Source: Sphingopyxis sp. (lineage in GTDB: Bacteria; Pseudomonadota; Alphaproteobacteria; Sphingomonadales; Sphingomonadaceae). From it: 64,000 nt of DNA. The DNA lies in the NCBI GenBank assembly GCA_013911715.1, contig JACEST010000001.1, positions 12 through 64,011 of the forward strand, written 5' to 3'. Numbering within the stretch: position 1 is the stretch's first letter; each line of letters begins with the position of its first letter. The notes below the pieces were generated by a model. The model worked only from the letters and a program-made list of their open reading frames with translations. It was not told where the DNA came from and did no database searches. Both the position numbers and the translations under genes were made by a program. Of this stretch, positions 57,418 to 64,000 are shown in pieces.

Positions 57418-58509
57418 GTGACCAAAGCTGCCATCCTGATCGCCCCAAACCAGCCGCTCTCTATCGAAAGCGTAGTGGTCGATGGCCCCGCCCCGCGCGA
57501 GGTGCGCATCCGCACCGCCGCGTGCGGGCTGTGCCACAGCGACCTGCATTTTATCGAGGGCACCTATCCGCACCCGCTGCCCGCCATTCCCGGCCATGAA
57601 GCGGCAGGGATTGTCGAGGCGGTGGGCAGCGAAGTGCGCACGGTCAAAGTCGGCGACGCCGTCGTCACCTGTTTGTCGGCGTTTTGCGGGCACTGCGAAT
57701 TTTGCGTCACCGGACGGATGTCGCTGTGCCTTGGCGGCGACACACGGCGGTCGCAGGGATCAAGCCCGCGCATCACCCGCCCCGATGGCTCGCCGGTGGG
57801 CCAGATGCTGAACCTCAGCGCGTTTGCCGAAGTGATGCTGGTGCACGAACATGCGTGCGTCGCGGTCAACCCTGACATGCCATTGGATCGCGCTGCGGTG
57901 CTCGGCTGCGCGGTGACCACAGGCGCGGGCGCGATTTTCAATACGTGCAAGGTGACGCCGGGTGAAACCGTAGCGGTGGTCGGCTGCGGCGGGGTTGGCC
58001 TCGCGACGATCAACGCGGCCAAGATTGCCGGGGCCGGGCGCATCATCGCCGCCGATCCGGTGCCCGAAAAGCGCGCGCTAGCGATCAGGCTCGGCGCGAC
58101 CGATGTCATCGATCCAACGGACGCCGATGCCGCCAAGCAGATTGTCGAGCTGACCAGGGGCGGCGTTGATCATGCCATCGAAGCGGTCGGGCGACCCGCC
58201 TCGGCTGCGTTGGCGGTGGGTTCGCTGCGGCGCGGCGGCACGGCGACCATCCTGGGCATGATGCCCTTGTCCGAAAAGGTCGGCCTCAGCGCGATGGACC
58301 TGCTCGCGAGCAAGAAATTGCAGGGCGCATTGATGGGCGGCAACCGTTTCCCGGTCGATCTGCCGCGACTCGTCGATTTCTATCTGCGCGGGTTGCTCGA
58401 TCTCGACAGCATCATTGCTGAGCGAATTCCGCTCACGGCGATCAATGACGGCTTTGAAAAAATGAAACGGGGCGACAGCGCGCGCAGCGTGATCGTGTTC
58501 GATCAATGA
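57418..58509 (+). CDS. Zn-dependent alcohol dehydrogenase
   Basis: CHSD, GHE, CGHCEFC, GCAVTTG, GCGGVG. Confidence 0.93.
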   Translation: MTKAAILIAPNQPLSIESVVVDGPAPREVRIRTAACGLCHSDLHFIEGTYPHPLPAIPGHEAAGIVEAVGSEVRTVKVGDAVVTCLSAFCGHCEFCVTGRMSLCLGGDTRRSQGSSPRITRPDGSPVGQMLNLSAFAEVMLVHEHACVAVNPDMPLDRAAVLGCAVTTGAGAIFNTCKVTPGETVAVVGCGGVGLATINAAKIAGAGRIIAADPVPEKRALAIRLGATDVIDPTDADAAKQIVELTRGGVDHAIEAVGRPASAALAVGSLRRGGTATILGMMPLSEKVGLSAMDLLASKKLQGALMGGNRFPVDLPRLVDFYLRGLLDLDSIIAERIPLTAINDGFEKMKRGDSARSVIVFDQ

Positions 58510-58536
58510 CGGATATCTCTGCACGATCCCCCCACA

Positions 58537-58624
58537 CCGCCCGCCCTGAGCGTGTCGAAGGGCTGTCCTTTTCTTTCGAAGGTAGCAGGAAAGGACAATC
58601 CTTCGACAAGCTCAGGATGGACGG
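58537..58624. repeat. Intergenic palindromic repeat family B
   Basis: CCCTGAGCGTGTCGAAGGG ... CCTTCGACAAGCTCAGG. Confidence 0.85.
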
Positions 58625-58639
58625 GGTAGGAAACTGAAT

Positions 58640-59713
58640 ATGGCTGGAGATATCGACGCCCAATCCGCCTTTACCGGTACGGTCGAACCCGAAGGCGCAG
58701 ACAGGCTGGACGAAGCACGGCTGACCGCTTGGATGGCGGCCAATGTAGAAGGTTTTGCTGGCCCCATCCACCTCAGCAAATTCAAGGGCGGCCAGTCGAA
58801 CCCGACCTATAAAATCGCCGCTGTGTCGGGCGATTATGTCCTGCGCCGCAAACCGTTTGGCGCGCTGCTGCCCAGCGCCCATGCCGTCGACCGCGAATAT
58901 CGCGTGCAAGCGGGGGTCGGCAAATTGGGCTTCCCGGTCGCGCGCCAATATGGGCTGTGCACCGACGACAGCGTCATCGGCAGCTGGTTCTATGTCATGG
59001 CCATGGTCGATGGCCGCACCATCTGGAACGGCGCGATGCCGGGCGCCGAGCCCGGCGCGCGCCGCGCGACCTATATGGCGATGATCGACACGCTGGCGCA
59101 GCTCCACAACATTAATGTTGAAGCCGCAGGCCTGTCCGAATTCGGCAAGCCCGGCAATTATTTCGGGCGGCAGGTCGATCGCTGGACCAAGCAATATCGG
59201 CTGTCCGAAACCGAGCTGATGCCCGAAATGGAACAGCTGATCGCCTTCCTGCCCGCCAGCTTGCCCGAACAGACACGCACCAGCGTCGTCCACGGCGATT
59301 ACCGCATCGACAATATGATCTTTGCGCATGACCGCGCCGAGGTGCTGGCGGTGCTCGACTGGGAACTTTCGACGCTGGGCGATCCGCTCGCCGATTTCAC
59401 CTATGTCGCGATGGCGTGGGTGACCGAAAATGGCGGACGTTCGGGGGTGATGGACCTTGACCGTGCCGCGCTCGGCATTCCCGAACTGGATGAAGTGGTG
59501 GATCGTTACTGCGCCGCCACGAACCGCGCCTCGGTGCCTGACATGAACTGGTATTTCGCCTATAATTTCTTCCGCCTCGCGGGCATTATCCAGGGCATCA
59601 AGAAACGCGTGATCGATGGCACCGCCTCGTCGCAGCACGCGAAAGATATGTCAGCGCGTGTTCAGCCGCTCGCGGCCACGGCTTGGGCCTTTGCACAGAA
59701 AGCAGGCGCATGA
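58640..59713 (+). CDS. APH-family phosphotransferase (ACAD10/11 kinase-like, LvaA-like)
   Basis: GGQSNPTY, VLRRKP, SAHAVDRE, HGDYRIDN, DWELSTLGDP. Confidence 0.9.
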   Translation: MAGDIDAQSAFTGTVEPEGADRLDEARLTAWMAANVEGFAGPIHLSKFKGGQSNPTYKIAAVSGDYVLRRKPFGALLPSAHAVDREYRVQAGVGKLGFPVARQYGLCTDDSVIGSWFYVMAMVDGRTIWNGAMPGAEPGARRATYMAMIDTLAQLHNINVEAAGLSEFGKPGNYFGRQVDRWTKQYRLSETELMPEMEQLIAFLPASLPEQTRTSVVHGDYRIDNMIFAHDRAEVLAVLDWELSTLGDPLADFTYVAMAWVTENGGRSGVMDLDRAALGIPELDEVVDRYCAATNRASVPDMNWYFAYNFFRLAGIIQGIKKRVIDGTASSQHAKDMSARVQPLAATAWAFAQKAGA

Positions 59714-60471
59714 AATTGTTCGATATGACCGGCAAGGTCGCCATCATCACCGGATCATCGCGCGGCATTGGCCAGGCGATCGCCGAGGAGCTGGCCGCCC
59801 ATGGTGCCAAGGTCGCGATTACCGGGCGCAACATCGCCCCATGCGAAACGGTGGCGGCGGGCATCAACGCCGCACATCCGGGCGCGGCTATTGCGGTGGC
59901 GTCGAGTCTCTCGGCGAAGGAGTCTTTGCAAAACCTCGTCGATGCCACGCGGGCCGCCTTTGGCCAGGTCGATGTCCTCATCTGCAACGCGGCGTCAAAC
60001 CCGCATTATGGACCGATGGCGACCATTACCGACGAGCAATTGCGCAAAACGCTCGACCACAATATCGTCGCGCAGCACTGGCTGATCCAGATGGTCGCAC
60101 CCGAAATGATCGAACGCAACGCGGGGTCGATTATCATCATTTCGTCGATTGGCGGTTTGCGCGGATCGCCGATATTGGGCGCTTATGCGATCACCAAAGC
60201 GGCGGATATCCAGATGACCAAGAATCTTGCGCGCGAATATGGGCCGCATAATGTGCGTATCAATGCGATCGCGCCGGGGCTGGTGAAAACCGATTTTGCC
60301 CGGGCGCTGTGGGAAAATCCCGAAAATCTGAAGGCGTCGACATCGGGTGCGGCGTTGGGGCGCATCGGCGAGCCGCGCGAAATCGCGGGCGCTGCCGTCT
60401 TTCTCGCCTCCGATGCCTCGACCTTCATGACCGGCCAGACAATCATAGTGGATGGAGGAGTCGTCGTATGA
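59710..60471 (+). CDS. SDR family oxidoreductase
   Basis: [19 protein letters not shown]. Confidence 0.92.
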   Translation: MKLFDMTGKVAIITGSSRGIGQAIAEELAAHGAKVAITGRNIAPCETVAAGINAAHPGAAIAVASSLSAKESLQNLVDATRAAFGQVDVLICNAASNPHYGPMATITDEQLRKTLDHNIVAQHWLIQMVAPEMIERNAGSIIIISSIGGLRGSPILGAYAITKAADIQMTKNLAREYGPHNVRINAIAPGLVKTDFARALWENPENLKASTSGAALGRIGEPREIAGAAVFLASDASTFMTGQTIIVDGGVVV

Positions 60472-61265
60472 CCGGAGCATTGTCGGGCAAAATTGCCATC
60501 ATCACCGGTGCCGGTTCGGGCATCGGCCGCGCCTCGGCGATCCGCTTTGCTGCCGAAGGCGCAAAGCTTGTGCTGGGCGACATGGCAGCTTCGGTGCACG
60601 ATACCGCCGCGATGATCGGCGATGCCGCAACGGCGGTACAGATGGACGCTGGGGAGGAAGCCGATGTCGCGGCGCTGGTCGCCAAGGCGATCGACCTGCA
60701 TGGCCAGCTCGACATCGCCTTTGCCAATGCGGGCATTTCCGGCGGAATGGCGGGGATTTTCGACAACACGGTCGAAAATTTCACCAGCGTCCTGCGCGTC
60801 AACCTGATCGGCCCCTGGCTGATGGTCAAGCACGCGGGCAAGGTCATGGCCGATGCCGGGCGCGGCGGTTCGATCATCCTGACCGCCAGCGTCGCCGGCA
60901 TCCGTTCGGGCGCGGGCGGCCCGCCCTATTCGGCATCGAAAGCGGGCGTGATCAATCTGGCACAGGTTTCGGCGCAGCAATTGTCGGCGACCAACGTCCG
61001 CTGCAACGCCATCTGCCCAGGGCTCACCGAAACCGGAATGACCAAACCAACCTTTGATTATGCCAAGGAAAAAGGCGTCACCGACAAAATCGGCCGCCTC
61101 AACCCGCTGCGCCGCGGCGCACAGCCCGAAGAGCTGGCCAATGTCGCGCTGTTCCTCGCCAGCGACCAATCGAGCTATATCAATGGGCAGGCGATTGCGG
61201 TCGACGGTGGCCTCTCTTCGTCGCACCCGGTCACGCGCCAGTTGACGGGGCAGACGGCGGTATGA
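60468..61265 (+). CDS. SDR family oxidoreductase
   Basis: [16 protein letters not shown]. Confidence 0.92.
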   Translation: MTGALSGKIAIITGAGSGIGRASAIRFAAEGAKLVLGDMAASVHDTAAMIGDAATAVQMDAGEEADVAALVAKAIDLHGQLDIAFANAGISGGMAGIFDNTVENFTSVLRVNLIGPWLMVKHAGKVMADAGRGGSIILTASVAGIRSGAGGPPYSASKAGVINLAQVSAQQLSATNVRCNAICPGLTETGMTKPTFDYAKEKGVTDKIGRLNPLRRGAQPEELANVALFLASDQSSYINGQAIAVDGGLSSSHPVTRQLTGQTAV

Positions 61266-62464
61266 GCCATGGCTTGAGCCTTGACCGGTTGAACCGCATT
61301 CCGGAATTTCTGGAACGCAAATATGTGGGGTCAGGCCGCCTGCCGCACGCCGCGACTTTGGTCGCGCGCCATGGCGAAATCGCGCATCTCAGCTGCATTG
61401 GTGAGGCGCGCCCCGGTCAGGCGCTCAAGGAAGACGCGATTTTCCGCATCGCCAGCATGACCAAGCCGATTACGTCGATCGCGCTGATGATGCTGGTCGA
61501 GGAAGGGCGCGTTGCCCTGTCCGACCCCCTCGTCAAATATTGCCCCGAATTTGCCGATACCGGTGTGTTTGTCGCGGGCGGCGGGGCGATTCCGTTCGTC
61601 ACGCGGCGACCGGCGTCACCCATCCGCATTCTCGATGTGCTGCGCCACACGGCGGGCTTCACTTATGGCTTTCAGGAACGCAATCCGGTTGACGCGGCGT
61701 ATCGTCTGGCAAAAATCGACGATTTCGATGCCGATTTCACCATGGACGCCTTCATCGCCAAAATCGCCAGCCTGCCGCTGCTGTTCGACCCCGGCGCGCA
61801 CTGGAATTATTCGATGGCAACCGACGTGCTCGGCGCAGTCGTCGAACGCGTCGCTGGCAAGCCCTTTGCCCAAGTGCTGGAAGAACGGATTTTTGCCCCG
61901 CTCGGCATGTTCGATACCGGCTTCAAAGTGCCCGCCGACCAGCAGCACCGACTGACCGACGCATGGCATTTCCACCCCCAGCATCAAATGGTGCCATTCG
62001 ACAGCGGCGACCGCAGCCGCTGGGCCAAGGATCGCAGCTTTCATTCGGGCGGCGGCGGGCTGGTTTCCACGCTTGCCGATTATCACCGCTTTTGCGCCAT
62101 GCTGCTCGGGCAGGGCAAGCTGGGCGACACCCGCATCATCAGCCGCAAGACGCTGGCAATGATGACCGCCAACCATCTGATCGGCGGCGGCGATTTGACG
62201 CAGCACAGTGTCGGTGCCTTTTCGGAAAGCGACAGCGCGGGTTCGGGCTTTGGCCTCGGCTTTGCCGTCACCATCGATGCTGCCCGCACCGGCGGCCTGG
62301 CCACTAATGGCGATTTTTATTGGGGCGGCATGTTCTCGACCGGCTTCTTCGTCGATCCGGTTGAAAATCTGTCCATGGTCTTCATGACCCAGCTGATGCC
62401 ATCTTCCACCTATGCGGTGCGGCGCGAGGTCAAGACAATGATCCATGCCGCGCTTGATGATTGA
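61262..62464 (+). CDS. Serine hydrolase, beta-lactamase-fold esterase
   Basis: FRIASMTK (SxxK), WNYS, WGG. Confidence 0.9.
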   Translation: MSHGLSLDRLNRIPEFLERKYVGSGRLPHAATLVARHGEIAHLSCIGEARPGQALKEDAIFRIASMTKPITSIALMMLVEEGRVALSDPLVKYCPEFADTGVFVAGGGAIPFVTRRPASPIRILDVLRHTAGFTYGFQERNPVDAAYRLAKIDDFDADFTMDAFIAKIASLPLLFDPGAHWNYSMATDVLGAVVERVAGKPFAQVLEERIFAPLGMFDTGFKVPADQQHRLTDAWHFHPQHQMVPFDSGDRSRWAKDRSFHSGGGGLVSTLADYHRFCAMLLGQGKLGDTRIISRKTLAMMTANHLIGGGDLTQHSVGAFSESDSAGSGFGLGFAVTIDAARTGGLATNGDFYWGGMFSTGFFVDPVENLSMVFMTQLMPSSTYAVRREVKTMIHAALDD

Positions 62465-62474
62465 AAACACGCCC

Positions 62475-62556
62475 TGTCACCCTGAACTTGTTTCAGGGTC
62501 CATGGCGCAAGGCTTAACCATAGCGCTATGGATGCTGAAACAAGTTCAGCATGACG
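62475..62556. repeat. REP-like doublet
   Basis: GTCACCCTGAACTTGTTTCAGGGTCCAT ... ATGGATGCTGAAACAAGTTCAGCATGAC. Confidence 0.85.
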
Positions 62557-62589
62557 AGTTCAAACTTTAGTCGACACAGGAGAATAACA

Positions 62590-64000
62590 ATGTCCGAAGC
62601 CATCCCCCAGTCCGTGTCCTTGCAAAAGGACGGCGACGTTGCCCTCGTCATCGTCAACAACCCGCCGGTCAACGCCTTGAGCTGGCATGTGCGCGAGGGG
62701 CTTGAAGCGCAGTTCACCGCTGCGCTGGCAGACGATGACGTCAAGGCGATCGTGCTGATCTGCGACGGCGCAACCTTTATCGCCGGGGCCGACATCAGCG
62801 AATTTGGCAAGCCGCCGCGCGGACCCGATTTCAACGCGGTGCTCAACAGCATCGAAATGGCGACCAAACCCGTCGTCGCCGCGATCCACGGCACCGCGCT
62901 GGGCGGCGGGCTCGAAACCGCGCTCGTCTGCCATTACCGCGTCGCCGTCCCCTCGGCAAAGCTCGGCGTGCCCGAGGTCAAGCTCGGGCTGCTCCCCGGC
63001 GCAGGCGGCACCCAGCGCCTGCCGCGCGTCGTCGGCGTCGAAGCCGCTGCGGTCATGACGTCAACCGGCGACCCGGTGCCTGCGCCAAAGGCCAAGGATA
63101 TGGGTCTTGTTGACCAAATTGCGGGCGAAGATTCGCTGCGCGCCGACGCCATTGCCTATGCCCGCGCGCGCATCGCCGACGGACCGCGCCCGACGCGCGA
63201 CCGTCCCGTCATCGGCGATGCCAGCGGGCTCGAAGCGCTCAAGGCCGCCAACGCCAGACGCTGGAAGGGTTTTGAGGCGCCCTACGCCAACCTCGCCTGC
63301 GTCGAAGCCGCCACGCGCCTGCCCTTCGAGGATGGGCTGGCGTTTGAGCGCACCGAATTCATGAAGTTGATGTTCGGCGCGCAATCGGCGGCGCAGCGCC
63401 ACATCTTCTTCGCCGAACGCCAGGCCGCCAAGATCGATGGCCTGCCCAAGGAAACACAGTTGCGCGACATCAAAAAAGTCGGCGTCATCGGCGCGGGCAC
63501 GATGGGCGGCGGGATTTCGATGAACTTCCTTCAGAAAGGCATCCCGGTCACCATCGTCGAAATGGCCGATGAAGCGCTCCAGCGCGGCGTCGGCGTGGTC
63601 CGCAAAAATTACGACGCCAGCGCCGCCAAGGGTCGGTTCAAACCCGAACAGGTCGATGCAATGATGGGTATCCTTTCGCCCTCGCTCAGCCTCGACGCGC
63701 TCGCCGACTGCGATCTGATCATCGAGGCGGTTTATGAGAATATGGAGGTGAAGAAGGATCTGTTCGGCAAACTCGACACAATCGCCAAGCCCGGCGCAAT
63801 CCTCGCCTCGAATACCAGCTACCTTGACGTCAATGAAATCGCATCGGCGACCAGCCGTCCGCAGGACGTGGTCGGCATGCATTTCTTCTCGCCCGCCAAT
63901 GTGATGAAGCTCTTGGAAGTCGTGCGGGGCGACGCGACCGCGCCCGACGTGCTCGCCACCGCGATGGCGATCGGGAAAAAGATCGGCAAAGTCGCGGTGG
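62590..64000 (+). CDS. Enoyl-CoA hydratase/3-hydroxyacyl-CoA dehydrogenase (PimF/FadJ-like), truncated by window
   Basis: Manual translation: [59 protein letters not shown]; AGGAG RBS. Confidence 0.93.
   Translation, partial: MSEAIPQSVSLQKDGDVALVIVNNPPVNALSWHVREGLEAQFTAALADDDVKAIVLICDGATFIAGADISEFGKPPRGPDFNAVLNSIEMATKPVVAAIHGTALGGGLETALVCHYRVAVPSAKLGVPEVKLGLLPGAGGTQRLPRVVGVEAAAVMTSTGDPVPAPKAKDMGLVDQIAGEDSLRADAIAYARARIADGPRPTRDRPVIGDASGLEALKAANARRWKGFEAPYANLACVEAATRLPFEDGLAFERTEFMKLMFGAQSAAQRHIFFAERQAAKIDGLPKETQLRDIKKVGVIGAGTMGGGISMNFLQKGIPVTIVEMADEALQRGVGVVRKNYDASAAKGRFKPEQVDAMMGILSPSLSLDALADCDLIIEAVYENMEVKKDLFGKLDTIAKPGAILASNTSYLDVNEIASATSRPQDVVGMHFFSPANVMKLLEVVRGDATAPDVLATAMAIGKKIGKVAV

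Noticed and set aside
61262-62464. Beta-lactam resistance gene
   Set aside because: No signal peptide, WGG motif and lipid-catabolic context indicate a family VIII-type esterase
30924-62556. Repeats as a CRISPR array or tRNA/ncRNA genes
   Set aside because: Dispersed inverted doublets, not regularly spaced direct repeats; no cas genes; no cloverleaf or T-loop consensus

Overview
High-GC alphaproteobacterial chromosome segment, most likely Sphingomonadales, spanning the replication origin. The core arrangement is dnaQ-coaE-aroE-maf-ppsR <- oriC -> hemE-hemJ-rho, then mnmE-mnmG-rsmG-parA-parB with three parS sites. Directly after parB is the most unusual locus (about 15.9-26.1 kb). It encodes a DUF4402-like pilin, a chaperone and an usher-like protein, followed by a UDP-galactopyranose-mutase-like flavoenzyme, a GtrA flippase and two STT3/AglB-like (GT-C) membrane transferases that lack the WWD motif. 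CtrA-like boxes precede each module, so this is a candidate undescribed pilus/protein glycosylation system. The remainder holds housekeeping and metabolic genes (msrB, CYP153-like P450, ABC pair, queG, folD, argB, nupC, ppc, a large acyl-CoA catabolic cluster with LiuR-like boxes). It also has a Phd-VapC toxin-antitoxin pair, a low-GC small-ORF plus retropepsin pair, an HNH nuclease behind tandem NrdR-like boxes and a branched MITE-like element, and 12 intergenic palindromic repeats. No rRNA, tRNA, CRISPR array or transposase was seen. All product calls come from motif recognition by eye; no searches were run.
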